A DNA stretch of 64,000 bases from Paraspadella gotoi (taxonomy: Eukaryota > Animalia > Chaetognatha). Where the stretch lies: the NCBI GenBank assembly GCA_051294375.1, contig CM119266.1:22668638-22732637 (forward strand), given 5' to 3'. Both the position numbers and the translations under genes were made by a program. The notes below the pieces were generated by a model. It saw only the letters and a program-made list of their open reading frames with translations, was not told the DNA's origin and did no database searches. Shown here piece by piece: positions 18,305 through 32,498 of this stretch; within the stretch, counting starts at the first letter, position 1, and each line of letters begins with the position of its first letter.

Positions 18305-20335
18305 TTTTCCTCCCTATTTTTCTCCCTCTTTTCCCTCTGATATATATTTTTTTCCTATTCCCTCGCTTCGACTCTTTGTTCCACAATAATCGAGAGGCAG
18401 CGAACGGAAAAAAAGGAAAAGAGAGAAAAAAAATGGAAAGTGAAACTCTGTCATTTCTAACGCCGTTCGCCTTTTGTTTTCCGGGTTTGTTTCCATCTTC
18501 TACATGAGATTTAATTTAAAAATTTTATATATATCTCATTAAGGTTAATTTGAAATATTTCAAAAATTCCCGCTGCTATGTAAGTCGAATGTTTTCTTGT
18601 CATCTAAAACCAAAACGATGATCTGATGTCAGTCACCTAATCGGGTCTCATTTTGACTTTGGACCAAAAATAAACGCAAAGTCTAACCCTGAGCTAGATT
18701 CCGAACGGAAACTGATTGGAAGCCAGAGATTGAAGGAGAGAGAGAGAGAGAGAGAGAAAGATGCAAGGTGAGGTTGGGTAAAGAAAGTCATTTTTTTCTC
18801 GTTTCTTTTTCCTGACCCGAAAATCTTGACCCAAATCTCTGATTCTTCGAGCTCCGAATTTTCGGTCGATCGGACGAAGCCGACAGAGGCTTTTTAGGCT
18901 CCCGACCGACAAACGGACCGACGAACCGACCGACGGAATTGGTGAACCGTCGCTCGCGCAAAGTCTTGAGCAAATCTTGCGAACTGTTCCGTCTTTGTGC
19001 ATTAGAGGGAAATTTCCTCAACGCTTTATATCCGTGAGCGAATTTAACGCTAGCGTTACTCTTTAGGTTTAACTCATTTTGAAGTTTATTTGGTTGATTT
19101 TTTTTCCCCTAAGTCTTTTAAAATTATTTTCTTTAAATTTACGCTTTTATTTTGACCTACACATGATATAAATACAATTTGTGCTAGGTCTATTTAACTT
19201 TTAACTATGCAATAAAAATATCCTAATTTAGATTCCTCCATAAATTTTTACATATTTTTTGACACGCTAAACATTTCTCTGATTACGCAACATTTCATTA
19301 TTTCCATTACGAAAAAAAAAAACAAAAATTCGGAGCTTCACCGTTAAACCGAAATTAAATTTTCAAACAAAAGTTTAGCTCGGGGATCAAACGCGGATCA
19401 AACGGGGATTACGAAGGTGACGCTGAGGAAGAAGTTCAGAAGGGAAACTGAAAGTAGAGAAATTAAATGGAGGAAGGTCGGAAGGGAAAAAAAAAGAAAA
19501 AAAGGGAAAATTAAAGGAAATTTCGGAAAGAAGAGCAATTATTTTATCTTTTAACTTCCAAAATTATGTCATTTTGGAAATAAAAATATTAAATATTATA
19601 TATTGTAATATATAATGTGCATGATATAATATTATGAGGAAAGTAAAAACAGACGAAAGACGAAGCAACTCCAGGCAGTACTACACGGTATTACCAAATT
19701 CATCACAAGTGGCCGCGTCACTCGTTCACCGCTTTGCCTCCAAACTGTGAGATGAAATATTTTGACTCAACTCAATCGGAAACCGAAAGGCGATCGGTGA
19801 GGGCGTGACTTTCCGGCGCCGAGAAGAGATATCGGTCATCGGAATTAGAAATGGGGAAGAAATGGAAAAAAAAAAGCATCGAAAATCGTTGTTTATCCCT
19901 CGTGAGCCTCCTTGTCTTTTTCCGATTCTATTAAGGGTAAGTTCATTCACTCATATCTATTTTATACGTCCGTCAGTGGCGATTTACCAATCATTGTTAA
20001 GCGCATTATTTAGGAAGTCAATATTTAGCTTGAATTATTAATAATGCGTCGATGCCTTAGCCGATCCAATGTTGTCGTCGACGAAACTACTGAGATCTCC
20101 CTACGCCTTACCTTCCATTAATCTTTTGTTAGGAAATTGTTAGTTAATGTTTGATTATCCTAACGTATTCTTTAGATTGTTCTTTGTTTTCTTCGTCTTC
20201 CTTTCGACCTCGTCATCCTCCTCTTCGTCGTCTCCCTTCACATCGATGCCCCCATGACCTGGAAAACGGAAGACATGCCCGCGCCAACGCAAACACGCGG
20301 ATATGCAAACAGGAATCTTTTCGACTCCCAAAAGA
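17570..20335 (+). repeat. Direct duplicate of 12215-13791 plus 16114-17544 (probable second haplotype, lacking the PLE)
   Basis: Near-identical sequence begins immediately after the N gap at 17545-17569 and reads through the PLE insertion point without the element. Confidence 0.92.
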
Positions 20336-20341
20336 ATTTTG

Positions 20342-20411
<70 letters not shown>

Positions 20412-20804
20412 CCTCTCTCTCGCTCTCTCTCTCTGCGTGCCTGTCTTTCTTTTTGACAAACGCGTGCACTCTCAGACCCGAGTGCACGTGAATATGGAAG
20501 AACCTGAGTTGGCGCTGTGAATGTTTCACGAAAACCTTTCAACCTCGCGTTTTTTTCTCACACTTGCAAATTCGGTGAGAAAGTCAAAGAAGGAAGAAAG
20601 AATACGAGGACCCAATGCCAGGTTTTAAGGTTTTAGACCAATAGTAACTCCTTAATTATATTGTTTTAGCAACTCTAAAAAAAAATCGATTAATGAAAAA
20701 CCAAAAAGAAAAAGGAAAAAGAAACAAGGGAGAAAACAAATCAGGTCGAGATCACGAAAATGGAAACGGAGGAGAAAAAAGAAGTAAGACAACAAACAAA
20801 TTGG

Positions 20805-20947
<143 letters not shown>

Positions 20948-21661
20948 TGCGCGGGGGAAAGATAAGAAAGAAACCACGTCATCTTGATTTGGAGAAAAAC
21001 AAATTCCCTTTTTTGGCGACTGGCGCCAAACAAAAAGTTTTGTTAGCTTTTTTTAATTAGCTTGTTGTTTTGTAATTAACTGGCTACCGTACTATAATCG
21101 TATTCAAACCAAAAAGTAAGATTCAGTTGGCAATCCTGGAAGTGCTACGTGGTAAATCTCTTCACAAGTAAATTCGATTACCAGTAATATTTTTTAACCC
21201 AAAGTCAGGTGCAAAATAGCTTGTTTATTAAATGAATGGATAAGTTTTCTATTGGTCGTTTAAATGCAAAATTTACTTTACTTGAACACGTGCGTGTAGG
21301 GTCATTGCACGTACTTGTTATGCTGTAATACTTAAAGGATAGGGGAAAAACTCCTTTATCAAAAAAGAAACAAACTCGTTGTAAAGTAGAGATCGTCTTT
21401 TTCATCGTTATCGTCGTTGTCATCGTTTTCGTCGTTGTCATCGTTTTCGTCTTTGTCATCTTTATCGTCGTCGTCGTCTTCATACCACAAAATAACAACA
21501 AATAAACTGTTATTCGTCGTACCGTGGTTTCGTCGCCTCCGGGCGTCGTTCGTCTTAATTTCCCTCATTAATAAACGACAAAACTCAGTTAAGAACTCAT
21601 TTATAATCGGGCGCTGCTCAAGAATTGGGTTATCGAGTCGCGTACATTGGCCTTGGATCTT

Positions 21662-21718
<57 letters not shown>

Positions 21719-22315
21719 TTGCCCTCTCAAGGGTTTTTTTTTCCGTTTCTCTGGGTTCATTCTATTCTTCTTTTTCGCCTAATGTGGTTTATCCTCGTTT
21801 TACTGTTGGGGTTTTTTTCTTTTCATAAAGCATAAAGACTATTTTTGTCAATTATAGTTTGGTTTAGACTTCAGAGAGACTATGGAGCTGAAACAGGTTA
21901 ACTACATACGATACTTTGATATGTGGAAGATCACAAAGTTTTGGGACTTTTGTCTAATCTATATTTATAAGCAATCACGAAAGAATAGAAACGGAACGGA
22001 TAAAATTTCTTAAAAAAAAAAATTAATTGTTTTGACCTACGGATCGACCAAGGTGAGAAACGCGGCAGCTGCATCCAAGCCGCGTCTCTCCAGCCGCTGC
22101 TGTCCTCACCTGCATTAAATATTAATAAATGTCCCGAGGAAACGAAGGACAAAGCCTCAACTCGATTCTTTTTCCTTTCTTATCCTCGAATCAAAAAAAT
22201 GAATTATTTTGGCACCGAAATTTTCGAAAATGGAAAGAAAAAAATGGCCCGAAAATATCATTTTTCAATTTTTATTTTTGGAACAAAAACCGACGATGTT
22301 TCGTTCGTCAGCCGG

Positions 22316-22478
22316 AAAAAAAAGGAAAAACGGAGAGTCTGACAGAAGAAGGGAAAATAAGAAGTGATAGAAAAAAAAGGAAAAACGGAGAGACTGACAG
22401 AAGAAGGGAAAATAAGAAGTGATAGAAAAAAAAGGAAAAACGGAGAGACTGACAGAAGAAGGGAAAATAAAAAGTGAT
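22316..22478 (+). repeat. Minisatellite, 55-bp unit x3
   Basis: CGGAGAG(A/T)CTGACAGAAGAAGGGAAAATAA recurs at 22331, 22386 and 22441. Confidence 0.9.
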
Positions 22479-22639
22479 GTTTTGGGATAGAAAATGTATG
22501 CGCAGAAGAGAAAACAAAAATAAACGGACCAAAACGGCCCTAATAGTGCTTAATCAAAAATTAAAAATATAAAAAGATAGCGATACAGGTTATGTTCCTT
22601 CCAACGCTAACTCCTTAAAGGGAGTGGTGCTTTTATATT

Positions 22640-22830
22640 CTTTATATTCTTCGAAATATTATCCCACTTCATTGATAGGGGAGCCAGATATTCTGGGAGT
22701 GAATAATCGAGATTGTGAGAGAGTCTTGATTGAAAGCTTGCAGGGTCCTGCAATGCTATTATCTTGTAAAAGTGATGAAGGCCTTAAACCACCCTAACCT
22801 GCCTAAAGTCAGGGGAGAGATAACTTAGCT
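22640..22830. repeat. Dispersed repeat family copy (inverted, more diverged)
   Basis: The reverse complement matches ~3415-3600 (GAGAGAGTCTTGATTGAAAGC, CAGGG.CCTGC, AGGCCTTAAACCACC). Confidence 0.8.
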
Positions 22831-22872
22831 TAGCACACGACGTCGATAACTAAAAAAAATTATTCGCTGACG

Positions 22873-22931
22873 AAAAACTGACAAAACGGACAAAATGGAC
22901 AAAACGGACAAAACTGACAAAACTGACAAAA
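22873..22931 (+). repeat. 9-bp tandem repeat (AAAACTGAC/AAAACGGAC) x~6
   Basis: Seen directly in the sequence. Confidence 0.85.
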
Positions 22932-23060
22932 GACTCTCGACAAAAGAACAATCTCTCTTCCGTTCCTCAAACGTCACCATCCCGACGGAAAAAAAAAGAT
23001 TTTTCAATTGACTTTTCCCTTTTCTAGATTTGTTGATGGTGTAATGATAGTCCTCTGATG

Positions 23061-23184
<124 letters not shown>

Positions 23185-23847
23185 TCGCTTCCCTTTCTCA
23201 TCATTTTTCTTTCGAAAAATGAAGTAATGAAGAAGAAAACCATTTATTACTCTCGGCGATGAGAGATCGATTCAAAAACTATTTTCCTCAAATTTCTCCT
23301 CGCGCTCTTTCGCGCGCCGAATAGAGCGGGAGGGATTTCGAGAAAGAGATTAAAGATCCTTTATTTTCCTTTTTATTTTCTCTTAGTTTTTTCTTTTCTT
23401 TTCTTTCCTTTTTTTTTATTATATTCGCGCCGGTGTTATTGTTTCGGAATCCATCATGGTGCGGCCCTGCCGAAAAAGAGGAAGGGCGGAAGTCACTATT
23501 GTCTTCATTCCCAATCTTTACATTTACGCCCTCCACCCCGCTCTCCCCTCCCCCAGCACCCCGGTCAACCCCCGAGGAAGGAGAACGCCGGTACTCAAAT
23601 CTGGAAGAAAATATACTCGAGACTCGAGAGGAAAAAAATGGGAGTCAAAGATGAAGTTGAAAATCTCGGGGAAAAATGGGTTTTAATGGGAGGGGGGCAG
23701 GGGGCGAGGGGCGGGAGTTCAACGACTTGGAGGATGTTGAGTGGTGGGAGATAAAGACGTCGGTAATTGATGAATAGAGAGAAAGGGGAGAGAAGTTTAA
23801 GATCACCCTTAACAATGCGTAACGAATGGCCCTCGCCGATGGGGAAA

Positions 23848-23945
<98 letters not shown>

Positions 23946-23997
23946 CCGTTTTACGACTTCGGCGGCGAGAGGCAACGAGATAATTCGACCAGTGTGC

Positions 23998-24500
23998 CGT
24001 CTGACACTTTTAGTGTAGAAACATAAAAAAATTACGATCGAAACGCGAGAGAAAAGAAAAAAAAAGCGGGGGCGGACAAGAGCGGTTTTGAGAGGCGGCG
24101 GGGGCGACAAAGAGTGGTCGTGGCCGCCGATGTCTGCCGGTGTGGGAACGGAGAGTCGCCTGGGAGGCATGAGTCGAAGAGGGTGGCAGGGGGCATCAGG
24201 GTTTGCTAGGGGTGCCCAGAAAGACTAGGAGGCANNNNNNNNNNNNNNNNNNNNNNNNNGTCTGACACTTTTAGTGTAGAAACATAAAAAATTACGATCG
24301 AAACGCGAGAGAAAAGGAAAAAAAAGGCGGGGGCGGACAAGAGCGGTTTTGAGAGGCGGCGGGGGCGGACAAGAGTGGTCGGTGGCCGCCGATGTCTGCC
24401 GGTGTGGGAACGGAGAGTCGCCTGGAGAGGCATGAGTCGAAGGAGGGTGGCAGGGGGCACTCAGGGTTTGCTAGGGGTGCCCAGAAAGACTAGGAGGCAT
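23998..24500 (+). repeat. Direct duplication across a 25-N gap (unmerged contig overlap)
   Basis: 23999-24234 is repeated at 24260-24499. Confidence 0.88.
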
Positions 24501-25536
24501 CTTCCTGGTGCGACGGGTGATTTAAGAAAGACTGCTATGGGTCGAGTCTCGTCCGGGCCGAAGAGCGGAAAAGAAAAGGAAAATAAAAAGAGAATAAGAA
24601 AATGAGAGAGAATGAAAGAATGAGGAGAGAAGAGAAAAAAGAACACAATATTTTAAATTACCTCTGAGACGGAGGGACATAAATCATCAGTCTCTCTCTC
24701 TCTCTTTCTTTCTCTCTCTCTCTGTTTTGCTGCTGTCGAGCAGCGTCAGGAAGGAGGGACGCTTCCTCTGTTCCTCCGCCGCCCGCGCGCAAAGGCAGCT
24801 GCTACAGCTGCGGACGCGCGATATTCTGAAAGCTACGCTGGCGAGAGATCGGCTACGATTCGTGGAATTCGGTCCAATTGTCGAGGTAGAGTTTCGTTTT
24901 GACGTCAGACACGCAATTCTCAACTCGGGTCGAACGAAGCCGGCCAAGTTTCAATTTTTTCCTTTTCCTTCTTTTTTTTTTCCTTCTATTAATCCTTTCT
25001 TTTTATTTCTACTGAATTTTTCTCTTGCTAAAAAACGGAGATGTAATATCTTTTTTTTTTTTTTTATTCAAAAAGCTAATAAAAAACATGAAATAAAAAG
25101 AGAATAAAAAATAAGAATAAAAAAAGAGATAGAAATATGAGGAAATAGGCTCAGGAAAGGAATAGAGAAAAAAGAAGTAAAATTTTATGTGAATTTGATG
25201 ATAAAAAGAAAAATTTAAATAAAGGAAGATCATGTTTAAAATAAAAAATAAAATTAAGGAAAAGATACAAGTCCGACAAGGTAGGTAGTAGGAAACAATA
25301 TTGAAATGGGTGTTAGAATATAATGGATGAGAGGGACATTAGGGTGAAAGGGAGAGGATGTGTTTTATCAGGGATGGCGAGAGGGAGTGAAAGAGAGCTC
25401 AGAGTGAGAGTCTTTCTCGTTGAGAAACTTGACTTCAAAGAATTTTAAACACAAAGGACTACGAAAGAAACAAAAGCCTCCTTTTTCAAAAGAAGGATGA
25501 AAAAGAATGAGAGCGAGAGAGCGAAAAGGAAAAAAA

Positions 25537-25696
<160 letters not shown>

Positions 25697-27656
25697 TAAA
25701 AGCGAAGGACAGTCAGGAAGACGAATGGAGGAAAAGAACTGAGGAACAAGGCAGTTATTGCTTTTTTAAACTCCATAAAAAATCCCCCACGCTTTCTTTC
25801 ACTCTCCTTCACACACATACACACACACTCTATCTCTCACACACCCAGCCGTTCTCCCGCCCACTTTGACGCCAGGTTCTTGGACCGAAAGTGGCGGAGA
25901 CGTCACGGGGGAGACGGGGTGGTGCTCCGAAAGCGTCGGGTGGCGCAGGAGAGACGCGCGGTGACGCGCATCGGTAGCGGGTCTCGTTGCTGAGGTCTGC
26001 CTCTGTCGCTTTGTTGATTGATTAGTCGCCCCGTTTCTTGGACGATTTTTGGTCGCTGTCGACGAGGAGAACTTCGTTCGTTCAATGATGTTTTTCTCAG
26101 AGGAGGGTTTTTTGAGAAAAGAGAGAAGTAAAGAGAGAGAGATGAGAGAGGAGAGCAGAGGAGAAGATAGAGAAGAGAGAGGAGAGGACTCTCCAAGGCG
26201 CGATTCCGCGGCCAGCCAACACATCCGACTCGAGAGATGAGGATGGGGAAATGCACGTGAGAGGAGAAATACCGGAGAGGAGAGACGAGAAGAGGAGATA
26301 GAGCTGCAGGGGGTGTGGGGAGGAGTGTGCGAGGCCAGGTGAGACACAAGGATGAGATTTTCTCTAGTGTATGACATCTCAGAAAAAAAGCGAAAAATGG
26401 AAGCATGAAAGGGACATCTAGTACTCTTCTTTATTTGCAAAAGATATACGGATGCATTTTAAAAACCAATAAAAATAAAACCAATAAAAACCTGATCACT
26501 ACAATAAAAAAGAAAGAAGAATAAGAAAGGAAGAGGATCAAGACAAGAGAGAAAAGTCAAAGACAGAAGATAAGAACGATATTTAGATAGAAAGAAAGTA
26601 AAGTAAAATAAAGAAGAAAGAATAGAAAGAATAGATTCATTCCCCATTTAGAAAGACGGAAGAAAGAAGAAAGTAAAGAAAAAAGATATGATAAGAACAA
26701 CAAAAAAAAAATCAGAAGAGAGAGAGAGAGAGAGAGATGAGATGATGAGATGGAGATAAGAGGAGAGAGATGAGAGAGAGAAACAGACGCTACGTGCCGA
26801 TGAGGTCTACGAGAGAATAAGCAACCGTCTGCGAACATGCAGCCATTATTCCACTTACGAGAAAGGAAGAGAGAGAGAGAGAGAAGCTAGACGTGAGGCA
26901 TTAGCTTGGCGGGTTCGCCGTTAGGGGACGATGGGTCTTTGGATTGATCATTTGTTCGTAAAGAGATCATCTCGCTGCGATTATGCGATTTATCCAACGA
27001 GTAAACGATGTTGTCGCCAAATCGGTTTTGATTGCTCCGCTCTAGAGATATCATCGCAATCGTTTACGCAGATAGTTAAATAGCTACAATAAACAATTAT
27101 GTTATTTTATAGCTGTTCGGGAATTACTCATATTTTGTCATATCAAGCTTCCCAATTGATATAAAAGAAAACGGAACTAAACAAAAAAAAATAAAAAACA
27201 ATAAAACAAAAAAATATTTATTATTATTTTTAGCCTCGATTTGATTTTTAAACAAATACCTTTTCCCTATTTGTTTTTTAGCGGCCGTCACATTTGAATG
27301 TCAGATATCTCGTTTTTTTTTCTCTAATCTTTTAAAATAATATTTTCCGTCTGTCCGGGACTTATTTGTCTGTCCGTCCGTCCGGCTCAAATGCAGATCA
27401 ACTTTTAGCCCCTATCTTTTTTCATCACCTAATCAAAGTTCGCCGCTACTGGATCAGGGGAAACAAAGGATCAACAAAGGAAGAGACATAATCTGCCAAA
27501 ACATTTCCTCTTCCAAAATAATTCATTAATCATTTTTTTCCTTCGACTGATGTTGTCGTTGTTGTCGTTGTTGTCGTTTCCGTCTCTTCGGTTTTAGTGA
27601 AATTACTACGTGGCGAGAATAGGAAATTTTATATTATACAATATTTACTAATAGTT

Positions 27657-27851
27657 ATATGAAATTGGTACAACCAATATAAAAATTATCCATTCATTTA
27701 ATAAATATTAAATAAGCTATCTTGCCCCTGACAGGCTTTGGTGGTTTAAGGCCTCCATCACTCTTACAAGGTAATGACATAGCAGGTCCCTGCAAGTTTA
27801 CAATCGATACTCTCTCACAGTCTAGTTTATTCACTCCCAGAGAACCTGGCT
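27657..27851. repeat. Dispersed repeat family copy
   Basis: Closely similar to 3370-3570 in the same orientation. Confidence 0.85.
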
Positions 27852-29219
27852 ATATCATTCTAATCCTCGTAACTTTTAATATATAAATGAAGAAAGATTT
27901 AAAAGCCTTCGTTACTTTGAGTTCTAAGCCGGTGGTAACTGCTTGGCCGATTTACAATCCACAATAAATAATTCGATTGTAAAATTACAATTTCCTTCCG
28001 CCACGGCTACCCACGACGACGACGACGACGACGACAACGGCGACGATTTCGACCACAACGAACACGACTCCAGTGGCAACGGCTAATATGACGACGACAT
28101 CGACGAGACCAACACTACCTCCACCTCCACCTCCACCACCCCCGCCCCCTTTTCCTCCCGATCCGCGGTCACCGTTGGCGCAAAATCTGTTCGTCGTAAA
28201 AATCGGGGTCGTGATTGACGGGATAATCGAGCCCATCGCCGCCGAAGCCCCGATGGCCGGAGCCGCACTGGCCGGTGCCGCGGCGGCCCTCCGTCTCGCC
28301 CTCGGGGCCGCGTCGCCCCCATAAACATCGGCTCGCGCCCAACATTTACGGGTTACGACGCAAAAATTTAGGCAGGGTCGTAATTTGGAGAATAAAGGTA
28401 TTGAGGGGACAAAATGAGGATGACTTTTAAGGGGACCTCGTAAAAAAAAGAAAGAAACCCTCGGGTTAGGCTTTAATTTTTTTCTTCTATGCTTTAGTTT
28501 TCGAACAATGTTTTTTTACGTTTATATCGACGACAAAAAAAAAACTAAAAAAAATAAACATTTCTATACACTTTTTTACTTTTTTTTCATTAAAAAAAAT
28601 ATGGGTACATAAAAGATCGAAAATCTCGTGGGAAAAAAAGTAGTCAACGTTAACGATGTGATCGATGGCAAAGGTGATTAAAGCCGCTCGATTCATGTCG
28701 TTATTTAATCCTTAAACCCTTAAGATGTCGATATAATGCTCACGGGTTTTTTTTTTACTGTTGAAAAATTTCATTTGAAAAAAAATTATATGAGTAGGTT
28801 AGAATTTTTTTGAAACAGTAGTTATAGCCTGATTTGTCAAAAAAATTACATGACATTTTACTTATTGTACAAATATTGATCATAAGTTAAATTGTAGGAA
28901 TAAGTAGCGCTGGACATTTAAACAACATAGACATTGCCACGTTTTCAATAAACTTTTTTAACAGCATAAAATTTATTCTTCATCATTTATAGATCTTAAT
29001 CCTCAGAAACCTTATATTCTCCAGCATCGCACAGCATTTTGATCTCCCTCTTTTTCCTCGGCCTCGCGCTACTTTGATCTCATCTCATTCTGACCGGAGG
29101 ATCCTTTGCATCTCAAAGACGCGCCCCCTCTCTCCCCGGAGCCCCGAGCCTCATTTGCATGTGCGAGTCCCAATGATTAGCCCCGAATAACGTGACCCAA
29201 TAATTTTATCATGAAAGAA

Positions 29220-29272
<53 letters not shown>

Positions 29273-29535
29273 GAGAGAGAGAGAGAGATGGTTAGCAAGA
29301 AGAACATGCTGACTTGAATAATTCTTTCTTTTCTTTTCCTTCCTCTCTTCCTTTCTCACCCATCCCCTTTTTTCATCTTAAAAGGGAGCGGATCCATCAA
29401 ATCGCGTCGTCATAACTTTTTAGCCAATCCGAGTCAATGTTGGTTTTCGCTCGACCAATGAGAAGATTCTTTATCGCTCTCCTCATCTGAGTCTCTTTCG
29501 GAAACTCGTCTCAGCATCCTTAAGGAGCGCCACGA

Positions 29536-29567
<32 letters not shown>

Positions 29568-29581
29568 TTCTCCTCTCTCTC

Positions 29582-29648
<67 letters not shown>

Positions 29649-29884
29649 GCTCTTCACTTTCCCTGAACGTCTCGGCTTGATTTGAAAGCTCGCGATTTGT
29701 AACTGCTTGCCTCGGAGCCGGAACGCGGGCGCCCAGGCATTACCGAATCAATTTCCAAATAGATTTTGATTGGAAAGCTTTTAAAAGAAAAAGAAAAAAA
29801 GGGGCGAGCGTAGCATTCCCTTAAAAATTCGGGGAGAGAAAAAATAAACATGAAGAAAGAAAGAAAGAAAGAAAGACAGAAATA

Positions 29885-29952
<68 letters not shown>

Positions 29953-30353
29953 CTATTAAACGTACAATATGACTAGCAACAGACAGATATACAGACAAAC
30001 AGCAAAATTGAAAGTCAGTCAGGTAGACAGACAGACAAACAGACAGTCAAACCAACAGATTAAATGAAATGTTGCTTCCAGTTCAGTTGGGTGTATAACT
30101 TTTTTTTAACCTGACCCAAGAATTGGGTCAGGAACTGAGCAGTCAGACTTTCAGCCTTTTCCGTCGGCCTTGAATTTTGGCTCTGGAATTCGTCTGGAAT
30201 AGAGTTTTCGTTGCTCAGCCTTCAATAACCGTTTTACGGATTTATTTATATAATTATTAGTAGAAAGTCAATTCATAGTCAACTTGCGACATTGGGGGGA
30301 TTTTTCTTTTTATTCTTCATTCTTTCCTTCCCTCTTTTCCTTTTTTTCTCTCT

Positions 30354-30420
<67 letters not shown>

Positions 30421-30596
30421 TCTCTCTCTCTCTCTTTTTCTCTCTCTTTCCCCTCCCCACATCCCTATTCCTCTCTTTCGCAATTACGAATTAGCAGCGC
30501 CACCGTCGTGGCTGACGTCGCGACTGACGGACCGAAGGGAAAATGATTATGGGCGCCGGCCGGCATCGGGAGAGGGAGATAGAAGAGCAGTAGGAG

Positions 30597-30665
<69 letters not shown>

Positions 30666-32168
30666 GGGGAATTCGTTCTAGCGACGGTGTGGGGGGGGGG
30701 AGGCCGCGAGGGGGGAAATGCGCTTTAATTGGAAGCCTCAAATTAGATTCATTTGTTAATTCATAAATTCCCGCTTTGGGCGATGAGGGTGGAAAGAGGT
30801 TTAGGACCCTTGGGGAGGGGGGCGATCGGTGGATATTAAGGGGAGGATGAATTGGAAAAGGTAGAAGGAAAGGAATTGGGAAGAAGTTATGGGGGGGAAA
30901 AATGCGAGAGTATTTAGGGATAAAGAGAATCGAATAATGAAGTAGATTGTAATATTTGAGAAAGCTTGGACGAAGGGATGGAAAGCTGATTGAATTTGTA
31001 GGGGTTGATTGGCGGAAACGGAGCGATCGATCGGCGGGAAGAGAGATGGCGATTGGCGGGAAATGATGTAAGACTTTGGGGATAATGGCTAAGGAAATAA
31101 AAAATTTGGGAAAAAAGCCAAAAAAATGTTAGTCTAATCGCTTAAAGACTGGGCATAATGGGTTACAAAATTTACTATTTTCTAAAAAAGAAAAAAAACA
31201 TCGGAAATAGGGTTAGGGAAACCCCTATCTTGCGCGAGGCTTTGAAGGCGCAGGGATGTCGGGTGACGTCGTCGGCGTCTCTGACGCCGCGAGGTGCGAA
31301 GGTCGCGGTTCGGCTCGCGGATGAATACGGAAAAAAGTAGGTCGCGACGCCGTCTTCCCCCTCGAGTCTTTGCGAATGAAGCGAAACGGAGATGAGAAGG
31401 ATGAATTACATTAACGAAACTTAGAAGGGGGGGGGCTGTAGATAGTAGAAGGGAAAAGAGAAAGGAATCGGTGAAAGCGGATGTTGGGGTTTTCCGTATA
31501 AAATGGAAACATATGCGATCTTGTAAAGTTGTGAAGGAAAGAAAGAGAGTTTAATGAAAGAAATAGTGAATGAAAAGGAAAAGAGAGGATATATTGAAAA
31601 TCCAGGGAATTATATAAAGAAAATAAGAGTTTCCGCTCAGAATCGACGCGTTTGATTCGCGCCTGATCGCCTCGAGCGTTAATCTCTGGATTTCCCTCAC
31701 TTTTTTTTTTATTTTTCCAGAATTTATTCTCGGAAAATATTTTCGTACTTAATCTCGGGGCGTAGAAAAAACTTTTTTTTAAATCTTTCGTTTAATTTAA
31801 TTTTAATATCGATCCGTCGGCCGAAGATTTTTTTAAATTTTAAAAGTAGTTCTTATCTTGCTTCTTCTCTTCACCCAACTCCATCACAATCAACCTCCAC
31901 CACATTCACCATCAAATTAATTCAGTCGCATGACATGACATGACATGACATCCCTACTTCATCATCTTTCCAATCCTTTAGAAGCATCATCGTACCTCAC
32001 TAGCGAAGTCGATGCTTCTACAAAAGTGATTGACGACGAACGACCCTACCTCAACCTCATCGCGAACCAAGAACTTACCCTTCCTGAGCCATCTACTCTC
32101 TATCCGATTCAACGTCGGTCGGCGCCAACGGGATTTTCTAGAAGAAACCTTACTTCTCTTTTCTTACC

Positions 32169-32248
<80 letters not shown>

Positions 32249-32415
32249 CGTCTGCTCTCGAATTCACGTTTCGTCGCCTTCGAAGATCGAAAAAGTCACC
32301 CCCCCCCCAAAAAAAAAAAAACCGCCACAGAATGAGTGCGTAGTTATTTTCATATCCGTCCCACCTGCCTCTCTATCCTTCAGTTCCTCTGCTCCACTGT
32401 TTACTATTCTTTAAA

Positions 32416-32498
<83 letters not shown>

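Noticed and set aside
22288-22315. CTGACGA-AC-GAAAC on the minus strand, hammerhead-like
   Set aside because: No stem II, and stem I does not pair.
22316-22478. Regularly spaced repeats resembling a CRISPR array
   Set aside because: Head-to-tail 55-bp units without unique spacers; eukaryotic context and no cas genes.
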